Positions 12,193 to 23,911 of a stretch of 64,000 nt of DNA are shown here, in pieces. This stretch comes from Malacoraja senta (taxonomy: Eukaryota). Numbering within the stretch: position 1 is the stretch's first letter; every line of letters starts with the position of its first letter. The position numbers were made by a program, and so were the translations under genes. Where the stretch lies: contig CM075996.1 of assembly GCA_038087875.1 (NCBI GenBank), forward strand, positions 7,938,001 through 8,002,000, given 5' to 3'. Below the pieces are notes generated by a model. It had not been told where the DNA came from and made no database searches. It saw only the letters and a program-made list of their open reading frames with translations.

Positions 12193-13726
12193 GAATCTTT
12201 CATCAGGGTGTGAACTTAACTCTTATGTTTACCAGGCCTGTAACTTCGTACCACAACATGGCATTTATACCTTCCTCTAACTAGCCAAAAATCTGACCCC
12301 GATCCCACAGCCCCGCCTTCATTGTGCAATTGAGGGAGTTACAGTTTGTAACTCAAGACCTGTTTCCACTCGAGGGAGAGTCTAGGACCAGAGGCAATAG
12401 CCTCAGAATAAAAGGATGTACCTTTAGAAAGGAGACGAGGAGGAATGTCTTCAGTCAGAGGGTGGTGAATCTGTGGAATTCATTGCCACAAGTTGTGGAG
12501 GCCATGTCAATGATATTTTTAAGGTAGCGATTGATAGGTTCTTTATTAGTACGGGTGTCGGGGGTTATGGGGGAGAAGGCAGGAGAATGCGGTGAGAGGG
12601 ATAGGTAGATCAGCCATGATTGAATGATGGAGTAACTTGATGGGCCGAATAGCCTAATTCTGATCCTACAGCGTATGAAGATAAGGGAGCCGAGCGATGG
12701 CATCCAATAAGATACAGTTAGTGAACGGAGCATGGTCGGGCAGATTAACAACAGAGCTGATAGGTGCAACTATTATCAGTTGTTCCCTGTGCGTTTCCAA
12801 TAGAAGACCCAACACCACAAACCTATTGGGATGGGGAATACACAAATTGGTTGGAGAATAAACAATAGGTGCAGGACAAGGCCATTCGGCCTTCGAGCCA
12901 GCACTGCCATTTAATGTGATCATGGCTGATCATCCCCAATCAGTACCCCGTTCCTGCCTTCTCCCCATATCCCCTGACTCCGCTCTCTTTAAGAGCCCTA
13001 TCTAGCTCTCTCTTGAAAGTCTCCAGAGAACCCCTGCCTCCACCGCCCTCTGAGGCAGGAATTCCACAGACTCACAACTCTCTGTGAGGAAAAAGTGTTT
13101 CCTCGTCTCCATTCTAAATGACTTACCCCTTATTCTAAACTGTGGCCCCTGGTTCTGGACTTCCCCCAAACATCGGGAACATGTTTCCTGCCTCTAGCGT
13201 GTCCAAACCCTTAATAATCTTATATGTTTCAATAAGATCCCCTCTGATGCAGGGAAAGACGTCTTTAACACCAGTCCTAAATTAGTCACTCAACGGTGTC
13301 CAGAAACGGGCATGGCAAGAAATAGTCAGCTGGTACCGCTGTCTAAATGGACAGAGAAGAAGGTGTAGATCTAATTGCTGGCATCTGCTGTTCCAGCAAC
13401 CCTGTCTGAAGGAGCGTCTCGACCCAAAACATCACCCATTCCTTCTCTCCAGAGATGCTGCCTGTCCCACTGAGATTTGTGTCTATATATTTGGTGTAAA
13501 CCAGCATCTGCAGTTCCTTCATACACATACCCCTATGTTTCAGCATTTAATGTAGACACATCTTTAATATGCTCACCAATACCCCCTGGTGGTGAGATGG
13601 GCAAACAACAAGTGCCTGCACCACATCCACATGCATCAGAAAGGAAGTGGGAGAGGGCTTTAATTAAACTCAATCTCCTTAGTTAGCAGGGAGACAAGTG
13701 TTCTAACTGCCTGCAATGCTCTAGGT

Positions 13727-14163
13727 CAGGGGTCGGCAACTTAAGGCCCCCCGGGCTGAATGCGGCCCGTAGCCCGAAATCATCCAGCCCGCAGGCAAAT
13801 TTTTTTTTCCCGTGATCGGCCCACCCCGAGCGCGGCCGAGCTCTGGCTGTACCGCATCCGGCACAAAGCTGCCGGCATGGGCCGTGCACCTTCTGTGAAC
13901 TCGTTGAGAAAGAACTGCAGATGCTGGAAAAATCTAAGGTAGACAAAAAATGCTGGAGAAACTCAGCGGGTGAGACATGCAAGGATTGCATGAGGCTGCC
14001 TCACCCGCTGAGTTTCTCCATCATTTTGTCCACCTTCTGTGAACACGTGATTTGAGCCTGCCTTCCGTGGTGGGATCCATGTGTACATGTGATAGATGTA
14101 GCCCACCATCCGCTCACAGACATGCGTCCCGGCCCCAGTGCAGAACAAGGTTGCCGACCCCTG
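13727..14163. mobile_element. hAT/Charlie-type MITE carrying a captured Penelope hairpin
   Basis: TIR CAGGGGTCGGCAAC..GTTGCCGACCCCTG; 8-bp TSD CTCTAGGT at 13719-13726 and 14164-14171. Confidence 0.85.
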
Positions 14164-15253
14164 CTCTAGGTTGAAGGAATTAATTGACAATGTCCATGCA
14201 CACTATAAATATTAGGGCCCTGGGGAATGTGGTCAAACAGAGACCCAGGGATACAGGTACATAGTTCCATGTAAATGGTGCCACTGGTTGACACGGCAGT
14301 GAAGAAAGCACCTCGTATGTCAGGATATTGAGCACATGAGTTGGGACGTTGTTTATAGCTGTGCAAGATGTTGGCAAGGCCATATTCGGAGGTCAGCGTT
14401 CGTTGCACAGTTCTGGGTGCCCTGCTATGGGAAAGCTGTCATTAAAATCAGAAATTATCCAAAAATGATTACAATATTATCCAGTCCGGAAGGTTTCAGT
14501 TGTAAGGAGAGTTTGGATCGGCTGGGACTTATGGCAGGCTGAGGGGTGATCTTACAGATGTTTATCAAATCATGAGGAACATAGATAAGGAGACTAGCTA
14601 CAGTCTTTTCCCCCAGAATAAGAGAGTCTCAAACTAGAGGGCATAGGTTTTAATGTGAGAGGGTAAAGATTTAAGAGACCCGAGTGGACAACCTTTTCAC
14701 ACAGTGTGGTGTGTAAATGGAATAAGGTGCCAAACGGAAGCATAGAGGCAGGTACAATTGCACCGTTATATATATATTTTTTAAATAATAAAAAAAATCT
14801 TGGACCAGGTAGGAAATATTTGGAAGGCCAAGGCTAGTGGGCCTAACTCGGCTGGATAACTAGGTTAGCATGGATGGTTGGGGCCAAAGAGCCTCTTTCC
14901 ATGCTGTGTGGCTCTGTGATTCTGGATTGGCGCGGGAAGAGCAGAATAAACCAGATTGCCCTGGGTTGAACAGGGGCATGACTGAAATCCTGGCCAGTGA
15001 ACACTGTGCAGTGTACCCACATGGAAAATGTATGGTGGAAAGGGCTCGGTGTAATGCCTTTTACATTTAAAGAGCTTGCTATTCACCGCCAAACTCACAC
15101 ACAGTTCCAGGCTGAAAGGCAACTTGCTGGCGTGTGTGTGAGTGTGTTGTGGGAACAGGTCTCGTTTTGAATGTTGATTGGTATCGGAGGGGGGAGGGAG
15201 AGCATTGATGATTGACTAGTCCAAACTAATTGTCTTTTGTCCTCTGCCTACAG

Positions 15254-15373
15254 CATGCTCAGTGATCTATCAGAAGCTTTGAAACTGGCCACCAAGGATG
15301 TCCATGAATTGGCTGAAAACTCGGAGTTCATGAGGAAGTTTCAGAAGGGCAGGTCACGCGAGATCAGTTTAAG
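15254..15373 (+). CDS. HMOX1: Heme oxygenase 1, exon 2 (one -1 indel)
   Basis: cag|[36 protein letters not shown][Q]VTRDQFK|gtaaag; contains the proximal heme-ligand His; one base is missing at GGC-CAG. Confidence 0.9.
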
Positions 15374-15664
15374 GTAAAGACACGAGAAGGCGTGCTTTTA
15401 ATTGAAAATTAAGTGTAGTTAGAGATTCAGTTTCATATTTTCATCTTTGCCCATCACTTTGGCCTTTCCTGTCTCTTTCCCTTCCCCAATCTTTTTCCCT
15501 GTCCCTCCTGGAATGGGAAGCTCAGCTGCTCGTCCTGCTGTGGCAACTGGTGTTACCGACTGGTAGGTGCCCACGGTACCCTCCCTCTCTCTGCCCTTGC
15601 TCCATTCCTTCAATGGTGTTCCAAGTCTTATTCACCATCCTCTTGCCTTCCCTCCCGACTCCAG

Positions 15665-16150
15665 CTGTTCCTGGACTCTCTGTACTTCATCTACACTGCC
15701 CGGAAGAGGAGACCCGAGCGGAACAAGGACCACCCGGCCTTCGCCCCGTCCACTTTCCCTCCGAGCTGAACCGGAAGGAAGCCTTGGGAGCAGGACCTGG
15801 AATACTTCCACGGGCCGGAGTGGAAGAGCCGCATCGAGTGTCTGAAGGCCACTGGGAATTACGTGTCCCGCCTCCAGCACGTGGGCGCAGGAGCCCGAGC
15901 TGCTGGTTGCTCACGCCTACATCAGGTACCTGGGTGACCTGTCGGGGGGCAGGGCTGAGGAAGGTGGCCCAGAAGGCTTTGCAGCTGCCAAGCACGGGTG
16001 AAGGGGTCGCATTCTTCACCTTTGACCGGGTCACCAGCGCAACCAAGTTCAAGCAGCTGTACCGCTCGCGCATGAACACGCTGGAGGCCGGCGGAGAGAC
16101 TCGGCAAGAATCCTTGACGAGGCGACAGGGCCTTTCAGCTCAACGTGGAG
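15665..16150 (+). CDS. HMOX1: Heme oxygenase 1, exon 3 (multiple small indels as assembled)
   Basis: Frame-hopping translation LFLDSLYFIYTA.EEE.ERNKDHPAFA.VHFPSELNRKEALEQDLEYFHG..EPELLVAHAYIRYLGDLSGG..LRKVAQKALQLPSTGEGVAFFTF..KFKQLYRSRMNTLE..AFQLNVE|gtaagg. Confidence 0.9.
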
Positions 16151-17506
16151 GTAAGGGAAAGGCTCTTGCCTAGTTTATGCAGGTCGCTGCGTAACCAGAA
16201 CTTCTGGTTAATTTATTATCCTTTTGTAGGCCAGTAAAACAGTGTAGAAGAGGTGCACTGAATGTATCAATAAGTGGGGGCGGGTGAATGATAACGGGTT
16301 TGCCTTCCCTGGCACAAAACTCATCTTTACTCTCAAAGCTTTCTTGACGTCCCTCTGAGGGAGGGCTATATATGTATTTATGTATGTTACTTAATCTACA
16401 AACCACTGGTGTATAACGTTAGTTCCTGCACTAATGTAAAGCACTTTGGTCAACGAGAGTTGTTAAATGTGCTATAGAAATAAAAGTGACTTGACTTGCC
16501 ATTCTCCACCCCTCTGCTAAGGATGGTTCATTTAATCCCATTTAATCCTCCCACCGTACCACGGATTGAATGTTGGTGCTGGCTCGAAGGGCCCGAATGG
16601 CCTACTCTGACCTATTGTCTATTGACCATCCAGTTGACGAGGTGGCAAGTACACCACTGTATCTGTCATTTCCCTGTCCAAATGGTGTTGACTAAGTTCA
16701 GTCAACAGGATATTAAAATATAGTTTCCCAGCAATCAGGAGATGGAATGTTGGTAACTTCAAGAACAATTGTACATGTATGGTGAGGCAAATGAAACTTT
16801 TACACTACCTGTAATACTTAAACTTTATTTAAGCTTTAAGCAAATCATTTCTGTAATACATAACTTCAAAACGTCTGGAAAACATGCTGATTCTGCAGGC
16901 CCTTCCCGCCCGAAAACCCGCACATGCGCACACTCTGGAAAAGCCCCGCACATGTGCCCACTTCAACATGGTATCCCTTTTTATAGACAATAGATGCAGG
17001 AGTAGGCCATTCGCCCTTCGAGCCAGCACCCGCCATTTATGTGATCATGGCTGATCATCCCCAATCAGTACCCCGTTCCTGCCTTCTCCCATATCCCCGA
17101 CTCCGCTATTTTAAGAGCCCTATCTAGCTCTCTCTTGAAAGCATCCAGAGAACCGGCCTCCACCGCCCTCTGAGGCAGAAAATTCCACAGACTCGCCACT
17201 CTCTGAGGGAAAAAGTGTTTCCTTGTCTCCGTTCTAAATAGCTTACCCCTTATTCTTAAACTGTGGCCCCTGGTTCTGGACTCCCCCAACATCGGGAACA
17301 TGTTTCCTGCCTCTAGCGTGTCCAAACCCTTAATAATCTTATATGTTTACTACTTGCAAATACAAGGACTGGCTGCTCTAGCCGAGTTGGGGGATCTTGA
17401 CCACGTCTCCCGCACTGAATGACAAACTCGCATCCTCCCATCCACAAATCACATTATTGAGAATTGTTTCGATTTTAAAAAAAACACTCTCCATTTCTCA
17501 CTGCAG

Positions 17507-17597
17507 GTTTTCAATGAACTTCAGAGACTGAGCTCGGGGTCAGAGAGAAATGGCACAATGCATGGGAGCGACATCCGCAAACGTGCCGTTGTTCAAG
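17507..17597 (+). CDS. HMOX1: Heme oxygenase 1, exon 4
   Basis: ctgcag|VFNELQRLSSGSERNGTMHGSDIRKRAVVQ G|gtaagg; phases match the neighbouring exons. Confidence 0.85.
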
Positions 17598-18555
17598 GTA
17601 AGGGAAATGGCAGAGGGGGGTGACTGGGTGAGGAAGACCAGCAGGGTGATTGCTAGTGTTTGGTTTAGTTTAAAGATACAGGCCGTTCGGCCCACCGAGT
17701 CCACTCCGACCAGCGATCACCGCACACCAACACTATCCTACACACACTAGGTGGCAATTTACAATTAGGGAGATCCTGGGACAATTTACAATTATGGAGA
17801 GAAAACCCACGCAGGTCATGGGAAGAACATACAGACTCTGTGCGGACAAGCACCCATAGTCAGGATTGAACCTGTGTCTCTGGTGCTGTAAGGCAACTCT
17901 ACCGCTGGGCCACTGTGCTGGTCTGAAACTCCATGAGTGGAACTGGGATGGGTGCTGTGGTCTTGAGTAACCCCAGCCTTGACTAAGATTCCATACATTC
18001 TCCACCTCTCTGCAAAAGATGGGTTCACTAACAAATGATCTGTGAGAGTACACAGGGCTTCCATATGAACACTGTGTGAAAAATATACATCTTCTAGATG
18101 CGCTGGGACGCATCCTCAGTGATGGGACCTGGGGTCATCGGGTGTTTCGGGTCTCGCAACATCAGACACCCTCGCCCAGGCGACCAGCCGAGGTTGATCA
18201 GGCCCTGACTTGCGTCCCAGCAGCAACCGCCCACGGATCAGCCATCTTAGTAACCACTCTGCAGGGGTTGGGAGACTCTAGTGCGTGGAGGGACTGGGCT
18301 CTGTGGGGTGAGTCCTGGCCGGGCTCCTCCTGTGTCTCACCAGGTTCAAAGCCTGTGCGCGCACTGCACCTCATTCTCCTTCTCCGAGCATTTCATTCTC
18401 GCCTGGTGGATTTTTAGGCCATGGTGGTTCATTAGGCCTTTCCGCAGCATTATTGGGTGACTTTCACACGAAAGACACAGACTGGGGGTGCTAACCCAGC
18501 CTTTCCCGGGTGGCGTCTTACTGGTCCCATTAACAGGAATCTTTTTACATTGCAG

Positions 18556-18689
18556 GAAGATCAATGCACACAGGAACCACTCGGGACTTGCAATCGCGTG
18601 AACCACTGACGGACGGCTCAGGCCTGCGGTTCGTTCTACTCCTTGGCCTGGTGGCGGTGGCGCTTGGTATTGGGTGGTACCTGTTGTAG
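18556..18689 (+). CDS. HMOX1: Heme oxygenase 1, exon 5 (C-terminal membrane anchor, stop)
   Basis: ttgcag|GRSMHTGTTRDLQSREPLTDGSGLRFVLLLGLVAVALGIGWYLL*; hydrophobic tail anchor. Confidence 0.85.
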
Positions 18690-18783
18690 AGCCTGCAGAT
18701 CATGAAGCACACAGTTTCAACCCGAACGGTCTTCTTCTCCTATATATCTGTATTTGCAGCACTAACTGAATTGTATCCTATGC

Positions 18784-19075
18784 CAGCTGTGGCTCAGTGG
18801 GTAGCACTCTAACCTCACAGTCAGAAGGTTGTGGGTTCAAGACCCACTAGGGTTACTACGGCACATGATTGAGGCTGGCTTCCCAGCAAATGCTGTACTA
18901 TCAGAGATGCCGTCCTTTGGGCAAAAATGTGAAACCAAGATTCTCCTCGGCACATTTAAAAATTCGATAGCATAGCAAAGTGGAACGGGGTTCTCTGTGG
19001 TATCAGTTAGAATTTAACGCTTAATTACATGAAGGTAGATTATCTGCTCTTGTTAGTGGGAGTCACAGTGCTGCT
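18784..19075 (+). mobile_element. Ancient tRNA-headed DeuSINE-like element in the HMOX1 3' UTR region
   Basis: TGGCTCAGTGG..GGTTCAAGACC (A/B boxes) followed by a Deu-domain-like TGCTGTACTATCAGAGATGCCGTCCTTTGG. Confidence 0.55.
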
Positions 19076-19183
19076 CTGCCCCATGTACGAATAAGTCCAT
19101 GCAGAAACTGCTCCAGATCATTGCTCTGGAGGAGCGAGCCAGTGACTGGTTGTCCAGGTTCTACACTGCCCTCATTCCTACTG

Positions 19184-19598
19184 CAGGGGTCGGCAACCTT
19201 GTTCTGCATAGGGGCCGGGACACATGTCTGTGGGCCACATCTATCACGTCTACACATGGATCCCGCCCCGGATGGCAGGCATCAAAATCACATCTTCACA
19301 GAAGGTAGACAAAAATGCTGGAGAAACTCAGCGGGTGAGGCAGCCTCATGCAATCCTTGCATATCTCACCCACTGAGTTTCTCCAGCATTTTTGTCTACC
19401 GTAGATTTTTCCAGCATCTGCAGTTCTTTCTTAAACGTGTTCACAGAAGGCGCCGGCGGCTTTGCGCAGGATGCGGTACGGACAGAGCTCGTGGCTCGGC
19501 GGGCCGGATAATCACGGGGGGAAAAATCCGCTTGCAAGCCAGATGATTTCGGGTTACGGGCCGCATTGGGCGAAGGGGCCATAGGTTGCCGACCCCTG
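19184..19598. mobile_element. Second copy of the hAT/Charlie MITE, in opposite orientation
   Basis: Same TIRs and same internal Penelope hairpin as 13727-14163; TSD not matching. Confidence 0.8.
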
Positions 19599-21493
19599 CT
19601 GTGCTGCATCAGGTACTGGAATAAAAAATAAAAAACTCAGGGTAGGGAATACAGGAACGAGAGGCATCCATTCAGCTTCTTGAGCTGGTTCCACTATTCA
19701 CTTAGATCGGACTTGATCTATACCCAAACTCCAATCATCTGCTTGTCAGTATTTGTTGATATTCTTCCTGAATAGAAGTATTAAAGAATGATAATTTATC
19801 CACGCTACCCACTGCCTCCTGGGGGAATATCCAGGTCGAGGTATCCTGCTCTTTCAAGCAAAGTGCGACAGACAACAAGAAATAGGAGACAAAGAGAAAC
19901 TGCACTTTAAAAAAAAAAAAAATCCTTTAAAACATTTTTGTATTGTTTTCAAACATCATTGTGAACTTAAACGTGAAGTACAACAAAGTTGTATCCCCAC
20001 TTCTGTGTTCAACCTGGCAAAGGTGCCTTTTAAGGTACACAAAAATGCTGGAGAAACTCAGCGGGTGCAGCAGCATCTATGGAGCGAAGGAAATAGGCAA
20101 CGTTTCGGGCCGAAACCCTTCTTCAGACTGATAGGGGGTGGGGAGAAGAAAGGAAAAAAGGAAAAAGGCGGAGGAGGAGCCTGAGGGCTGGGGGAGGGGA
20201 GGAGACAACCAGAGGGCTGATGAAGGGGAGGGGACAGCAAGGTGCCTTTTAGCTGCCTAGTTTGCACGGTTTGGAATGGCCAACCCTTAACCTCTCCACC
20301 CTGATTCTCCCTTCTCAAACCAAGACTTGGATCAGCTGCTCTATTTCTCTGGATGGTCTGGCGTCAAATTTTGTCTGGTAATTGCTCCATGAAGCACAGT
20401 AATATTTTTCTAAAGTTATAAACATTTCTCTATTTTTGATGTTCTGTGTATAAATATTTGTAGAAATTATTTTGTAACCATTTTAATCTAAACTACTGCC
20501 TTTCAATTAAAATTTATGCCAAACGTATATTCCTGTGTTGATCAATGGTTGCAAGAACGAGTGGAATGGGATTCTGAGAGCCCAATGGGTTAATCTGCTG
20601 GTGAGATACACAAACCGCTTTTGAACTCTGGTCCAGTACTGATCTCAATTAACATTGTCCAAAGTAATAACTGGTTCTTATTGAAACATAAGATTGTTAA
20701 GGGTTTGGACACGCTAGATGCAGGAAAGGTGTTCCCGATGTTGGGGGAGGCCAGAACCAGGGGCCACAGTTTAAGAATAAGGGGTAAGCCATTTAGAACA
20801 GAGATGAGAAAACACTTTTTCTCACAGATAGTTGCGAGTCTGTGGAATTCTCTGCCTCAGAGAGCGGTGGAAGCCGGTTCTCTGGATACTTTCAAGAGAG
20901 CTAGATAGGGCTCTTAAAGATAGCGGAGTCGGGGGATATGGGGAGAAGGCAGGAACGGGTACTGATTGGGGATGATCAGCCATAATCTCATTGAATGGCG
21001 GTGCTGGCTCAAAGGGCTGAATGGCCTACTCCTGCACCTATTGTCCATTGTTTCAGAACTGCTGATAGAGAAAATTGGTTAGTGGGGAAAAGGGAAGAAC
21101 TAGTGTAGGAAAAAAAATGGACTGAGATTCTTGATCCTTCACAATTGCCAATGCAAGTGGCTGTCCATCAGGAATAGCCTTGGATGTCATGTTGCCCTCA
21201 GCTAAAGTGCAATGAATACTTGGGCATGATACCAAAGGTCACAAAGTCCTTAAACCAACTAGTAGGCACACCCACTGTATGACTGCAACTTCAAAAATGC
21301 CCTGCGGAGAATGTTCTACGTGTCGCTGGAGTGCAAGATGAAACAAGGAAGTGTCTTTATAAAACACGGCAGGAAGATGTTTATGGTGAGGATAGACACA
21401 AAATGCTGGAGTAACTCCGTGGGACAGGCAGCATCACTGGAGAGAAGGAAAGGGTGATGTTTTGGATCGAGACCCTTCTTCAAAGGCAGCAGT

Positions 21494-21521
21494 CTGATGA
21501 AGGGTCTCGACCCGAAACGTC
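21494..21521 (+). ncRNA. Minimal hammerhead ribozyme core in a Penelope-derived repeat (representative of ~20 full or partial copies)
   Basis: CTGATGA-A-GGGTC TC GACCC-GAAA-CG-TC: CUGANGA box, 5-bp stem II, GAAA box, palindromic ACGT stem III, GUC cleavage triplet. Stem I is only about 2 bp in this copy. Confidence 0.65.
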
Positions 21522-21623
21522 ACCCATTCCTTCCCTCCAGAGATGCTGCCTGTCCCGCCGAGTTACTCCAGCTTTTTGTGTATATATTCAGTTTAAACCA
21601 GCATCTGCAGTTCCTTCTTACAC

Positions 21624-22226
21624 ATTATCTGAATGGTGTCAGATTAGGAAAAGGGGGGGGTGCAACGAGACCTGGGTGTGCATGTACATCAGTCACTGAA
21701 AGTAAGCATGCAGGTACAGCAGGCAGTGAAGAAAGCTAATGACATGTTGGCCATCATTGCGAGAGGATTTGAGTTTAGGAGCAAAGAGATCCTACTGCAG
21801 TTGTACACGGTCCTGGTGAGACCGCACCTGGAGTATTGTGTGCAATTTTGCTCCTAATGTGAGGAAGGACATTATTGCTATTGAGGGAGTGCAGCATAGG
21901 TTCACCAGGTTAATTCCCAGGATGGGACTGACATATGATGAAAGAATGGGTCGGCTGGGCTTGTATTCACTGGAATTTAGAAGGATGAGAGGGAATCTCA
22001 TAGAAGTATATAAAATTCTTAAAGAACTGGACAGGCTAGATGCAGGAAAGTGTTCCCAATGTTGGGGGAGTACAGAACCAAGGGTCACAGTTTAAGAATA
22101 AGGGGTAGGCCATTTAGGACTGAGATAAGGAAAAACCTTTTTCACAGTGAGAGTTGTGAATCTGTGGAATTCTCTGCTACAGAAGGCAGTGGAGACCAAT
22201 TCACTGGATGTTTTCAAGAGAGTTAG
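21624..22226 (+). mobile_element. CR1 LINE RT fragment
   Basis: QRDLGVHVHQSLKVSMQVQQAVKKAN..RPHLEYCVQF. Confidence 0.85.
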
Positions 22227-23911
22227 AATTAGCCAAAGGAATTACATCCCACAGAATCCAAGTGCCTTGTTCCGAAAACCATCCAACAGGATCCACCATA
22301 AAGCACAAAGTACCGAAGTAATTCAGCGGGTTAGGCAGCATCGCTGGAGAATTTGGTTCGGTGATTTTTTGGGGGTTGGAACCTCTTCTGCTCTGAAGAA
22401 AAGTTGCAACCCAAAACTTTGTCTATCCAAGTCTCAGAGATGCTTCCTGACCCGCTGAGTTACTCCACAACTTCCAGTTTTGCTCAAGATTCCAGCATCT
22501 GCAATTCTTTATGTATCCATATGAAACACTCTCTCCTCCACAGGGCCTCCATTACATTTGGTGTTGACCACTGGCTGATGGGCTTGTGTTGAAGGTGTTT
22601 TCCTGCAGGAACTTTTCAATGAGGAATAGGTATTGTGGCAAAGTCCAAATGAAAGGAATATCGTGCAGCAATGAAGCCAGGCCTAATCTTCATAACATTG
22701 AGAATTGGTAATGATACTTGGTGATCGTGTACTCCAGTTCTTTGATAACTTGGTGCAGCCATACACAGAGGTGACCATCAGGATGGAGGCAATGTTGGGT
22801 ATCATCTCTCTCTCTGGAGACCTGCACATCTGAACATGTCTCCTACGCACAAAATAATTTCTTGTACATTGTGGTCGACAAGTCATCATTGGAACAGATT
22901 TCTTTCCATGCAGACAAATGTGTAGGAAGGAACTGCAGATGCTGGTTTATACCAAATATAGACACAAAGTGCTGGAGTAACTCAGCGACTCAGGCAGCAT
23001 CTCTGGAGAAAAAGGATGGGCGATGTTTCTGGTCAGAACCCTTCTTCAGACTGGAGAAGCATTCCGACCCGAAACATCACCCATCTTTTTCTCCAGAGAT
23101 GCTGCCTGACTCGCTGAGTTACTCCAGCGCTTGATGTCTTTCTATGCAATTAGCCCTGGTAACAATCTTTAAAAAAAATCCAAACTCCAGAAATCTGTAA
23201 TATAAACAGAAAATTCTCAAGCTCAGCCTAACCTGCTGCATTTTCCGGCAATTTCTGTTTTTATTTTTGAACCTGGTTGGTTTGCCTGGAATACTTAATA
23301 TCTTGGGAGATCTCTGGTTGGTCAAATGCGACCTTCTGTCCCACAGCTGACCTGCTTTAAATCCCTAAAAAATCACTGTTATGAATGCCATTAATAGTGG
23401 GTGGTACGCTGAAAACCAATATGAGTGAAGGGATGTGACTATCTTTGTTAGCTTTGAGTGCGATAACTCTCCAATTACAGACGCTTACCAATTTATTCTT
23501 TCACCACCGGCAGTCCTGACTTCAGTTGCCTGAGACAAGCTCTGCGTATTTAGTTTGTGTTGTGCTGCAGCAAGCAAGAATGTCATTGTCCTATCTGGGA
23601 CACATGACAATAAACTCTCTCTTGACTAGTTCAGTTTTGTTTAGAGGTACAGCGCGGAAACAGGCCCTTCGGCCCACGCCGACCAGCGATCCCTGCACAT
23701 TAACACTATCCTACACCCACTAAGGACATTTTTTTAACATTTACCAAGCCAATTAACCTACAAACGTGTACGTCTTTCGAGTGTGGGAGGAAACCGAAGA
23801 TCTTGGAGAAAACCCACGCGGTTACGGGGAGAATGGTAAAGACTCCGTACAGACGGCACCCATAGTCGGGATCGAACCTGGGTCTCCAGCGCTGCATTCG
23901 CTGTAAGGTAA

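Noticed and set aside
11917..12280. ORFs with X runs
   Set aside because: They are artefacts of the assembly gap.
12193..15253. HMOX1 exon 1 and proximal promoter
   Set aside because: No convincing ATG-plus-donor micro-exon was found; it may lie in the gap or further upstream, so it is not called.
15550..16173. 207-aa ORF as a novel protein
   Set aside because: It is a frame-hopping by-product of the indel-ridden HMOX1 exon 3.
16860..16975. NRF1-like GCACATGCGCA motifs in HMOX1 intron 3
   Set aside because: The motifs are short and the stretch looks like a repeat fragment; there is no independent support for a regulatory role.
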